From assembly GCF_006345805.1 (NCBI RefSeq), contig NC_043004.1, forward strand, positions 57,102,001-57,166,000: a DNA stretch of 64,000 nt, read 5' to 3'. Of this stretch, positions 52,191-64,000 are shown piece after piece. The position numbers and the translations under genes were made by a program. The DNA comes from Octopus sinensis (lineage: Eukaryota). Within the stretch, counting starts at the first letter, position 1. Every line of letters begins with the position of its first letter. The notes below the pieces were generated by a model. That model was not told where the DNA came from. It searched no databases and saw nothing but the letters and a program-made list of their open reading frames with translations.

Positions 52191-55100
52191 TATATATGTG
52201 AGCATGAGAATACTATTAGAAACATTTATAAAACGTAGAATATCCACAGCTCTAGATTGTGTTCATTTATCACTTTAAAATATACTTCTGTATATTCAAG
52301 TATTCGACAAATGAAATTGCGGATATAGTTTCGGTTTCCCTAAACTACAATCTGAACTGCATTTGACATAATGGAAGACACTCTGCTTAAAAGGCGAATG
52401 TAGAGTCGTTAGAGAGTTGCACAGAGTCCCTTCTCATTGATAGATGTTTCAACAGTATGCGATCAAAGAATGACGGGGTTATTTGCCATTTATACTCCTC
52501 TGCACGCACGAATTAGGTTGTGGAGTTAAACAACGCGAATCAGTCGTACTACCGACATTTCTGTCAATCTCTCTTTAATTATCATCCCTAGCTTTCGTAA
52601 TTTTCGCCTGATGTGCATGAGACTGCTCAGAGTACAATATTTATAAAAACACTAAGGCTATTTCCCTCAACATCAATTACCCGTACAAATGTAGAACATT
52701 ATTATGAAACGGAAATCAACTAACTGGTCATTTGTGTATATATATTATACAAGATCAGTTTACATAACTATACACACACATGTGTGTGACTGCGTATGAA
52801 TATAAATATATGTAATTAGGTGTGTATATGCAAATGTATTTAGACGATAGTTTATAAATGAGAAGTGCGACTCTATTACGTTGTAACGAAAAATTGTGAA
52901 ATATTGGTTTTGAAAATGCGGTGGCTGGAAATCAAATGTGTGTTTATAGATATCGATCAGGATATTATGAGGCTGAATGGAAATTCAAATGAACTGAAAC
53001 AAAGCTATTCATTTTCATCAATAATATTTACATTTATCTATTAAATAATTACTGTTTGTTTTATATTATTTAATATATTCCTCTTATTTACAAGCTTTAC
53101 GCTTTGTTTCTGAATAATAATTTGTATAAAGTAAAAAAATTTATATGAAATACATTACAATTATAAATTTTTAAAACCTAGATCAATAAATTATTGATGT
53201 TATTATATTGTTACATTGACAGCCTTGCAGCTGATATTCAACTTGGAGTATTTATTCTCTAGACAGTCATTGCTTTCGATACCATCTCTGTACACAACTC
53301 TGTTGACGTAATATATTTTTCACTGTAACAACAAAATACGTTGTTGGGCATTTTATCTGTATTACTGTCATTTAAAGTGAACTACGGTAGTATGAACATT
53401 GAAAATATAATAATGACATTATTGTACCGCTAAAAGCTTATGAGGTAGTGGTACTTGTGATGTATTTTATCTTAGTGTGAGTGGAACGCCGACGTGAAGT
53501 AGTGCAAATAGATTATTATATCAGATTCTAAGAGAAAAAAACAAGTTATATCTTTGGCAGAATTAGAGGGACACAAGCCGTTTTAAGGCTTATATATCGG
53601 ATGTCATACAAATTTGGTTCAAAATCTTTGAAAATGAGAGCCCTTCTCGTCAGAACGATCAGACATAACTAAGGAAGAACGTAACGAAAGCCTGCACCTC
53701 ATGAACCGTTTCCCCTTAATACACATATATAAAATCAATTATAATCACTAACTGTAAAAATCCCTATCTCTATCGGAAATATCCCAAAATAATATGACTT
53801 TGAGAGTAGGAAGGAATATATATATGGGATATGTAGAGTTTCGATTTGCAGAGATGTTTGTTTTGTTTATTTTTTCGCCACTTAAATATACATATTAAGT
53901 ATATTTTCAATCTCTTCAAAAATGATTTTCTAAATATTACTTTAGTATGAAACAACAATTACATCATATTTCTTAAAAACTTCGTTTCTTTTAATTCAGT
54001 TCTATATATTTATACACTCAATGAAATAATCTTTTTTCGCGGCCAAGTTTCTGTTAAGTGTTCTGATTCTTCGTTTATCCATGAGCTCTTACATATTTAG
54101 CTTTAAACATATGTATAAAGAATGTGATGTTTAAGTCCGATGAAGGTCAGAATAATATTCGTCGTCATTGTCATTGTTCATCTTCACTATAATCGACATA
54201 ATGTCATCTTCATCATCATCATTATAATCGTCATCATCGTGGCAATATTGAGCCGTATCCGGTTAAACTTTAGAATGCACATGTTATCACACAAGAGTCA
54301 GCGGACTACGATAAGATACTTGCGCTTTCTTGTGTTCTCTTTTCATTTCCCAAGTAAAACCTTTTGCTTTATCATAAAATTAGGTAGATTAGCGATTTCG
54401 ATCTTTTCTGAATTACAGTATAAGAACACCAGAACTGAATCCAAAAGAAATTTTAAATTTCAGAGTGCAGATTAGGTTCAACTCCAAAATATTATGGCGT
54501 CTAGACACAGCATACATGAACTTATGTTTTGTTTAAAAATTATTTTATTTCAAACATTACAAATGTGCTAAAGTCAACACAAATGAGCATTTTCTCTTGC
54601 TTATAGAACTGAATGTGTGAAAAAAAAAACTTGGTTTTATCCATTAAGTAACGTCTACCATACAAATATAGATTCACTGCTGAAAGCTTTCAGTAGTTAG
54701 AAAAATAGTTATGCTTAATTTGTTTTCTTTCATTTTAACTTTCAATCGATATTGGTAGTGTTAAAATTGATTTAAAACAACATCACTAGAGATTGTGCTT
54801 TTTAAAGCAGATTACAAAATAGCAGATGAAAAATCAATTCCTCTAAGAAACACAATTGAAAACAACGTAACATGGTTATATAACCTGGATCTTATCTCCT
54901 TTATTATTAGAACTATCAATGATAATAGTATCAATAAGAAATATTGTATTTTTAGTTGGAGTTGTCGTTGTTATTTAACTTTTTATAGAGGTCGAAGTTT
55001 GTTTATCACCAGAGTTACATATATATTCTAAAGTATTTTAAGTTCCATTCGCACGGAATCAAAATTGCTTATTGTCATTTGTTAGCAGGTACATTATATG

Positions 55101-55499
55101 TAAAGTGACTGATATATGAATTAAATCTCCACTGTCTACACAGCTAGCTTTGTTGCAGTGTGTGAAAAGGGCGACTATTCTCATCATAACACGTTATACA
55201 TTTCAGAGAGGGAAACAGTACTGTCTGATACTTAATTTATCGAACAGAGAAGGATGAAATAAAATTAAGTTTTGCAGGATTCAACCTATGAATGAAATGT
55301 TTCCGATTCTTATAATAAAGCAGGGCACGAAATGTACTGCCGTATATTCAGTGCTGATGACAGTTGGCATAATAGTTATATTGAAGATGCAATTCTTTGC
55401 CGAATTCCTTTCCCTCAGCTTACTTGATAGATGATATTAGTCGGGACCTTATTTTGCATGAGCATAACTTAGAGGAAAACTTTCCTGTTTTTATATTAT

Positions 55500-55905
55500 T
55501 GTTATCCCAGCTTGCGCGCCTGGCAAAATACTTAACGACATTCAGGGGTCATCCTGAGTTTATCTTTTCGGGGTCGATATATTGAGTACTGTTTAGCACT
55601 GGAGTCAATGTAACTGACTTTACCCCTTCGCGAAACTGCTGACTTTCTGCCAAAATTTGAAGTCAAATCGTGTATACCACTTTCAACGACAGCTAGCTTG
55701 CATAACCGTTGCTTCGCCGGAGAAAATGCTTAGCGGGATTTCTTCCGACTTCACGTTTTCATTTCAAATACCGCCAAGGTAGACTTTGCCTTTCATCCTT
55801 TCGTAGCCGGTAAAAGGTCTACCATTTGAGTATCGGGCTACATGTATTCGACTATCTCCGTTTTTTAAATTGCTAGCATTGTGCCAAAATTTGAAACCAA
55901 TTTTA
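55500..55905 (+). mobile_element. Two decayed SINE family B copies
   Basis: TTTTCGGGGTCGATA...GAGTAC and GACTTTGCCTTTCATCCTTTCG motifs. Confidence 0.65.
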
Positions 55906-56699
55906 CCTCCAGCTTCTTGAAGGGGCAATTTGCATCACAAAAATCTAATTTTTGTGCCTCCCATAAATATTCTTTGTGTTACTGGCAACAAAACCTGTAA
56001 ATAAAACGTACTTCGATTTCTTCGTACGTTAGCTCAGAGAAAAGATGCAGAGCCATGGTGTTTGAAAACCGTGTCAGAAACCTAAGATTGATAAATCTGA
56101 TACACGACTACAAAATTTGATGGGCAAGTTGTAGGAAAGATGTAGACGTTAAGTTCCATTTTTTGCATTGAGTTGTCTTAAAGGGATCCAAAATATGTAA
56201 ACCAAGTTAAACAAGGCGTCGTTGAATGGCAAGAACTCAAGAAAAAATACAATTTATCGTGAACAGACTCTGATCGGTTGTCTAAGTAGAAACTGAAGGG
56301 AATTTGAACAGCGTCACATTTACAGGAAGACGTAGATGATGAACAAATTTAGTGTCTGTACTTAACTTTTAATTATAATTAAAAGTTAGTTTTTGTGAGA
56401 TTCCCGTTAGAACCATTAATACGTTATTGTACAACATTTGAAACGATGACTTAACTCTAGCCCATTATTTGGTCCCTGGGCCTTTTTGTTATAATACACA
56501 AAATCACTTTCGCACCATGTCCGTTTGTTTACTTCTATCAGTTTCAACTTTAAATTTTTAAAAATTAGCAATTCTGTGAGCGGCGAAAAAAAGCTTTTTC
56601 TTTTAACTTTTACTCGTTTAACTTATTGGAATGTAGCCATACTGTACCAGAAGGTTGAAGGGTTCAGTGGAACAAATCGATCATAGTTCTCTTATCATT

Positions 56700-57557
56700 T
56701 ATCATTTTACTTGTTTCAGTCATTAGTTTGCGGCCATGCTGTGGTACCGCCTTGAGATTTCTGTCGAATGAATCGACCTAGTACATATGTTATTGGATTT
56801 ATTTGACCGAACCGCTATGTTACTGGGATGCAACCACACCAACACTGTCATCTAGCGGTGGTGGTAGTGGGTAAGCACAGACAGAAATACACATAAACGT
56901 AGATAGACACTCACGCACGCGCGCACACACATGCACACATACACACACACATATATATTCGACGAGCTTCTTTTAGTTTTCTATTTCTGTATTGCCCACT
57001 AGGGGCTACAGACAGAGTGGACAAACAAGGACAGACAAAGGGATTGAGTCGATTACATCGACTCCAGTGCATAACTGGTTCTTAATTTACCGACCCCGAA
57101 GGATGAAAGGCAAAGTCGACCTCAGTGGAATTTCAGTTCAGAACATATCGGCAGACAAAATACCTAATACCAATTTCTTTACTACCCACAAGGGGCTATA
57201 CACAGAGAGGACAAACAAGGATATACAAACGGTTTAAATCAATTACATCGACCCAGTGCATAACTGGTACTTAATTTATCGGCCCCGAAAGGATGAAAGG
57301 CAAATTGACCTCGGCAGAATTTGAACTCAGAACGTAACGGCAGACGAAATACGGCTACGCATTTCGCACGGCGTGCTAACGTTTCTGCCAGTTCGCCGCT
57401 TTTAGTTCTTTTAGCTTCTGTTAACCAAATCTACCGACAAGGTTGTTCCACCCGAATCTATAATAGAAAATACTTGCCCAAGGTACCATGCAATGAGACA
57501 CGACTGGAACCATGAGCTTGAAGAGCAAGTTTCTAACCACACAGCCACGCCTGCGCC
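56700..57557 (-). mobile_element. SINE A interrupted by two SINE B copies (nested insertion)
   Basis: SINE A 5' half ~57415-57557, SINE B x2 ~56985-57399, SINE A 3' half ~56700-56985, all on the minus strand. Confidence 0.75.
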
Positions 57558-57929
57558 CGTAAAACCAGAGTGTGTATATTCTATTAGTCCTTTTTGCCGA
57601 TATTTTAAAAAGTGTAAAGTAAAATAACACCGTTGTCAAGTTGTGGTAATGAGAACAGAGAAACAAAGACACACACACACTTCGTACACACACGTATCTA
57701 TGCGTCTCTCCTCATCTCTCTCTCCTCCTCTAAACCCCTCCCCACTCTCTCTCTCTCCTCTGATACAAGTTCGCTGAATATAAAAGTAGGTTATTTTGAT
57801 GATTAATCTTGTAGAGAACGAAACTGTCATATTGTCAATTTCAATTAACCTATATGTTTTGTAGTATTGTAAAAAATAACTCTAATCAGGTGGCCCAGGC
57901 TATGTGATTATATAAGTTAATGCATATAT

Positions 57930-58041
57930 ATTCATAATTTAAAATGCGTAGATTTTGCTTGCGTGGTCTGTATGCGTCCGACATTGATTATGAATAAAAT
58001 TTCAAGAGATATTTTACAGAAATAACGTTTATTGCAACTCA

Positions 58042-58094
<53 letters not shown>

Positions 58095-58105
58095 ACGTAT
58101 AAATG

Positions 58106-58148
<43 letters not shown>

Positions 58149-58384
58149 ACGTATAAATGTATATACATACATATATATCTATATATATGATATGTATGTA
58201 TATATAATATATATTTATATACACGTATGTGTATATATAGATATATACGTATATATGTGTGTGTATAAGTATATGTATATGTGTATATATATATACATAT
58301 GTATATATACATGTTTATGTGTATATATGTTTATATATATATATATATATACATAGGTATATATACATGTTTATGTGTATATAT

Positions 58385-58400
<16 letters not shown>
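57930..58400. repeat. Imperfect (AT)/(ATGT) arrays
   Basis: Seen directly. Confidence 0.9.
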
Positions 58401-58415
<15 letters not shown>

Positions 58416-58829
58416 AGCATTTGCGCATGCTTTTATCTTTATGTGCGTCTTTATTTAGTGTGTGTGTGGGGGTGCCTGTAATATTTGTATCTTCTGTTTA
58501 TATACGTTCATGTAATTTGTTTTTGTTGTTGTTGTTTTTGCTTATTATTGTGTTCATGTGTTTACATCCACTTTTTATTATTATTACGTATGCTTGTATG
58601 TATGTATGTATGTATAACAATACTAGTAATAATAATAATAATAATAATGAATAAATAAAAAAAACTTTTAAATTAAACAAAAAAACTTATATATTTATTT
58701 ATTTTTATTTGTTTATTTATCTGTGTATTTTATTTATTATGTTTTCAGTTTTGTTTATATTGTAACTAGTTTATTGGGATCCTCTACCGTCATATGTCGT
58801 GGTGTATGCTAGTGTTCCATTATATGTAT

Positions 58830-59160
58830 ATATAACGGGAAGCTTTATGAAAATAGACAAAAGACGAAGGCAGGTTTACGGAAATAAACAAAAGACGAAG
58901 GCAGGTGGAATACAAACAAACAATTGTATTAGTATGGCGCTCAGGAAATATAAATAAAACAAGTCTTTAGCGTTTCGAACCTACGCTCTTCAACAGAAAG
59001 ATACACAGAGAAGAAACACAGAAAGAAGGAGAGAAAAAAAATGCGTGCAGAGGCTAGCGAACCAACATGGCGATCTGATTTCGGCCAGAAGTCAAAGATC
59101 AAACGTGAGACGCAAGAGCGAAATTAGGGGAGATAATAGGGTTAAATGACCTCGCTCCAA
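58830..59160 (-). mobile_element. Penelope-like dispersed repeat with HHR-like motif (58961-58999)
   Basis: Minus strand cttt-CUGUUGA-agagc guag guuc-GAAACGCUA-aagac; a related motif occurs near 63855-63897. Confidence 0.45.
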
Positions 59161-59284
59161 CATAAGAGTGTGTGTGTGTGTGTGTATGAGAAGAGTGTGT
59201 GTGTGTGTATGAGAAAGTATTAGTGTGTATGAGAGGTCTGGACGTGTGTATGTATATATGATGTGATGTGTAAAGTCGTATGGT

Positions 59285-59645
59285 GTAGTGTAGAGAGAGG
59301 AGATGAGGGAAGAGGGGGAGGTAAGGGTGGAGAGGGGGAGAAAGAAAGGGAAAGAGGGTAGAAGAGGAGGCGGAAGGGGAGAAGGCAGAAGAGGAAAAGA
59401 GGAGGGGAGAGAAGGGGGAGAAGGAAGGAGAGGAGGGAGAGGGAGAGAGGGGGAGAGGGAGAGTGAAGGGGAGTGAGGGAGCAGATGGAAGTAGGGAGGG
59501 AGAAAGAGGGAAGAAGGGAAGAGGAGCAGGGGTGAAAGGATGAAGGACTGAAGAGAAGTAGGGGTCGCGGGGGGGTTAGATGAGGAGAGGGGAAATGGGG
59601 GTTAGATGAGGAGGGGAGAGGGGGGTTAGATGAGGAGGGGGAGAG
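59285..59645. repeat. Polypurine (GA-rich) low-complexity tract
   Basis: About 360 bp almost entirely G/A on the plus strand. Confidence 0.9.
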
Positions 59646-59649
59646 AGTA

Positions 59650-61235
59650 TGTATATGTATATATATATATATATGTAGATGTATATGTATATACATAAGT
59701 GTATGTATATATATATATATGTAGATGTATATGTATATACATAAGTATATGTATATATATATATATGTAGATGTATATGTATATACATAAGTATATGTTA
59801 TATATATATATATATGTAGATGTATATGTATATACATAAGTATATGTATATATATATATATATGTAGATGTATATGTATATACATAAGTATATGTATATA
59901 TATATATATATGTAGATGTATATGTATATACATAAGTATATGTATATATATATATATGTAGATGTATATGTATATACATAAGTATATGTATATATATATA
60001 TATGTAGATGTATATGTATATACATAAGTATATGTAATATATATAATATGTAGATGTATATGTATATACATAAGTATATGTATATATTATATGTAGATGT
60101 ATATGTATATACATAAGTATATGTATATATATATATTGTAGATGTATATGTATATACATAAGTATATGTTATATATATATATATGTAGATGTATATGTAT
60201 TACATAAGTATATGTATATATATATATGTAGATGTATATGTATATATAAGTATATGTATATATATATATATATATGTAGATGTATATGATATACATAAGT
60301 ATATGTATATATATATTGTAGATGTATATGTATATAAGTATATGTGTATATATATATATGTTAATGTATATGTATATACATAAGTATATGCATATATATA
60401 TATATGTAGATGTATATGTATATACATAAGTATATGTATATATATATTATATATGTGATGTATATGTATACATAAGTGATGTTATATAAGATGTATGTAT
60501 ATACATAAGTATATGTATATATATATAATATATATGTAGATGTATATACATAAGTATATGTATATATATATATATATGTAGATGTATATACATAAGTATA
60601 TGTATATATATATATATATATGTAGATGTAATACATAACGTATATGTATATATATATGTATATATATTATATATATGTAGATGTATATCTAAGTATATGT
60701 ATATATATATATTATGTAGATGTATATACATAAGTATTATGTATATATATAATATATATATATATATATATCTGTAGATGTATATACAAAGTATCTGTAT
60801 ATATATATATATATGTAGATGTATATGCATAAGTATATGTATATATATATATGTAGATGTATATGTATATACATAAGTATATGTTATATATAATATATAT
60901 ATATATATGTAGATGTATATGTATATACATAAGTATATGTATATATATATATATATATTATATATATGTAGCTGTATATGTATATACATAAGTATATGTA
61001 TTATATATATGTAGATGTATATACATATGTATATGTATATATATATATATATGTAGATGTTATGTATATACATAAGTATATGTATATATATATATATATA
61101 TATATGTAGATGTATATGTATATACATAAGTATATGTATATATATATTACGTAGATGTATATGTATATACATAATTATATGTATATATATATATATATAT
61201 ATACGTATATGTATATACATAATTTTATGTACATA
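59650..61235. repeat. Minisatellite, unit GTAGATGTATATGTATATACATAAGTATATGT(AT)n (~42-50 bp)
   Basis: About 35 tandem units; one isolated unit at ~61895-61930. Confidence 0.92.
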
Positions 61236-61330
61236 TATATATCAACAATTGAGGGTAAAATTAATTAATTATTAATCAATTTCAGCAAGTATTCAGTATA
61301 AAGGGACCATTATAGGCGAATTCAAAATAT

Positions 61331-61832
61331 TACATTATATATAAGGGCTTAGTAAAATAAATTACTTTGCCACATACTGAACTCATTAGAAATAGCAGCT
61401 AAAGAAATTTCTTCAGCTATTTCTAATACTTAAAGAAGATATCTCTCAGATAGTGTTTGCCTAAACCAACTCACAAAAGTATAGGGGAAAAAACATTAAA
61501 AAATCATTAAAAAATCATTAAAATAAAATAATAATCATTAAAAAATCCCGGTTTGCTCCCGACTTTCAGTGTTCCCAAATCCGATTCAAGGAATTCTGAG
61601 CTGAAGAAAGAAATGTCGAATTGACTAATCTAGAAACGTACGTTCTCAAATAACCTTTGCACTTGATTTTTTAATGTTTTTTCCCCCATACTTTTGTGAG
61701 TTGGTTTAGGCAAACACTATCTGAGAGAGATCTTCTTTAAGTATTAGAAATAGATGAAGAAATTTTTTAGCTGCTATTTCTAATGAGTTCAGTATGTGGC
61801 AAAGTAATTTATTTTACTAAGCCTTATATATA

Positions 61833-61837
<5 letters not shown>
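61331..61837. mobile_element. Foldback element with ~175-bp inverted arms (61331-61505 / 61664-61837)
   Basis: The arms are near-perfect reverse complements, and the spacer carries an HHR motif. Confidence 0.9.
61597..61648 (+). ncRNA. Type I hammerhead ribozyme candidate in foldback loop
   Basis: UGAG-CUGAAGA-a AGA aau GUC gaauu GAC uaa UCU a-GAAAC guac GUU-CUCA. The core and palindromic stem III are intact, but the 10.1/11.1 pair is A x A. Confidence 0.6.
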
Positions 61838-61897
<60 letters not shown>

Positions 61898-62205
61898 GAT
61901 GTATATGTATATACATAAGTATATGTATACATATATATGTGTGTGTGTGTTTATAGGTTCATATGCACCGATCGGCTGAATGAACAATATGTCCTTGTAG
62001 CATGTACGTAATTGGCGAATTCGCCGAATATCTATGGCGTATTTAATTAAACTTCAGACAAATACTAACTGCGTTTAATTGCTGCGACAATATTACACTT
62101 TATATGCATATACCTAGATGTGTATACAGTTACATATATATTATATACATATATATATTATTATATCCATATATATATATATACACACCACACACCACAC
62201 ACCAC

Positions 62206-62236
<31 letters not shown>

Positions 62237-62334
62237 ATATATATATATAAAGGTACGAATGGTTCTCTTATACCGTGGCGGGTTTTACAATCCTGTAAAT
62301 AATAATGTCATATATATTAGCCTAAAGCATATAC

Positions 62335-62458
62335 CGATCACCGTGCAATGACTAATAAATGTAGTCTAATGATGGGGCATATAAGACCCCGAGAGAAAAA
62401 GTAGACTTTCCTATCCGCGAGGGATTATATGTTTTCTAAGTCATTGCACGGTGATCGC
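62335..62458. repeat. Short foldback, 19-bp inverted repeats
   Basis: CGATCACCGTGCAATGACT ... AGTCATTGCACGGTGATCG. Confidence 0.85.
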
Positions 62459-62559
62459 TATAAGATCGAGACTTATTTAATTACCATTATAATTATATAT
62501 ATATATATATAATAATATTAGGGAATAAATCCAATTTTATAGTATAAATATATTATATT

Positions 62560-63455
62560 ATATTATATTATATTAATTTTAGATAAAACCACTATTAGGC
62601 AAATTAAACAGTGAAAAACATAAGCCAATACATAAAATTTATTTAAAAATATAAAATATGAAAATAAAAAATATTTAAATAATTTAAACTTATAAATTTT
62701 ATATATATATACAAGTATATATACATATGTATGTATATATTTATATTTATATATTATTTTATTTATTAATTAATTAATTAATTTTTTTTTAAAAAATATA
62801 TCAAAATTATTAAAAGTTTAATAAAAGATAAAGAGTAAAACACTACGATTGTTTCATGGCTGTACCAATTCGAATAAGAATAATTTAAATTCTATTAATA
62901 ATTCGAGTTATGGTTACAGTCAATCTTCAGGTTAATTGAAATATTTTTAAAATAATCAGAAATATTTAAACAATATTTTAAAGATATAAATAATATAATA
63001 ATTTTCCTTATAATAAACTTTATTATCAAACTAGAAACTTAAAACTTAACAATTATGATTATATCAAAATCGATTATAACGTTAACCATAACCCGAATTA
63101 TTAATTCAATTTAAATTATTGTTATTTGGATTGGTACAATCGTAGTGTTTTACTCTTTATCTTTTATTGAACTTTTGATATATTTTTGATATACTTTTGA
63201 TATATTTTAAAAAAATAAATAAATAACTAAATAAATAAATTAATTAATAAAATAATATATAAATATAAAAATATACATGCATACATATATATATATATAT
63301 ATATGTTTGTATATATATATATATATAAAATTTTTAAGTTTAAATTATTTAAATATTTATTTATTTTTATCTTTTATATTTTTAAATTAATTTTATTGGC
63401 TTATGTTTTTCACTGTTTGATTTGCCTAATAGTGGTTTTATCTCTAATATAATAT
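62560..63455. mobile_element. AT-rich foldback element with ~330-370-bp imperfect inverted arms
   Basis: AGATAAAACCACTATTAGGCAAAT...AAAAGATAAAGAGTAAAACACTACGATTGT is mirrored by ACAATCGTAGTGTTTTACTCTTTATCTTTT...ATTTGCCTAATAGTGGTTTTATCT. Confidence 0.85.
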
Positions 63456-63474
63456 AATATATATATATATATAC

Positions 63475-63900
63475 ACAAATGGGATAAGAACGCAAAACAT
63501 TCAGACAGACGACACAAAGAAAACAAGGTCGGGTCATTATGAGCTTACTTTCCTCAGTCGAGCTCCACATTATCTTTGCAATTTCGACTGGTTATACTCG
63601 AGATTGCTCCAATCTGGCCAATCCCAAGTAAAAACTATGTTAAAAGCACTAGAATCCTTGAAAGAAAGCAGCGAATGTATACGAAAACAAGGACGGTAAA
63701 AACGAAGAAATGGTACACGAATACAAATAACAGTATATTAACAATGGGTGTATTTCCACTAAGTATATGTTGCCCGCATGGCAATGTACAGAAAACAAAA
63801 GTCAGAGACGAGTGAGGGAAAAACAAACAGGTAAATTATCGAGAACAAGCGAAAAGTCTTTGACGTTTCGAGCGTACGTATTTCGACAGAAAGGGATGAG
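63475..63900. mobile_element. Dispersed repeat homologous to 25020-25380, ending in an HHR-like motif on the minus strand
   Basis: GGGATAAGAACGCAAAACATTCAGACAGACGACAC...; minus strand CUGUCGA...gcuc-GAAACGUC-aagac. Confidence 0.6.
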
Positions 63901-64000
63901 AAGAAAACGAAACTGGAGGAATAGAGTGGGAGAGAGACAGGGAGGGGGAGAGCGAGCGGGGAGAGAGACAAACGTGCATGTGTATGTGAAGATGTGTGTG

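Noticed and set aside
53423-53462. let-7-like TGAGGTAGT
   Set aside because: Only 9 nt match, and the motif overlaps the loop and 3' arm of a 9-bp hairpin rather than forming a pre-miRNA arm.

Overview
This is an AT-rich, repeat-dense eukaryotic window. The SINE content and very long (AT)n arrays suggest a coleoid cephalopod, probably Octopus (inference). I could not support any host protein-coding gene; nearly all listed ORFs are microsatellite translations or chance. Recognisable content: three tRNA-headed SINE families, CR1-type LINE fragments, an internally deleted Ty3/Gypsy LTR element, two Tc1/mariner remnants, Helentron/DINE-1-like non-autonomous elements, several foldback elements and large micro/minisatellites. 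The main discovery candidate is a set of type I hammerhead ribozyme (HHR) motifs. One has a fully intact core (38427-38490, minus), two are near-intact (6185-6256 minus; 61597-61648 plus) and several are decayed. They sit in a ~340-490 bp tandem/inverted repeat family and in the loops of foldback elements, with stem covariation between copies, which resembles Penelope-derived or retrozyme-like elements. Repeat boundaries were read by eye and are approximate unless stated.
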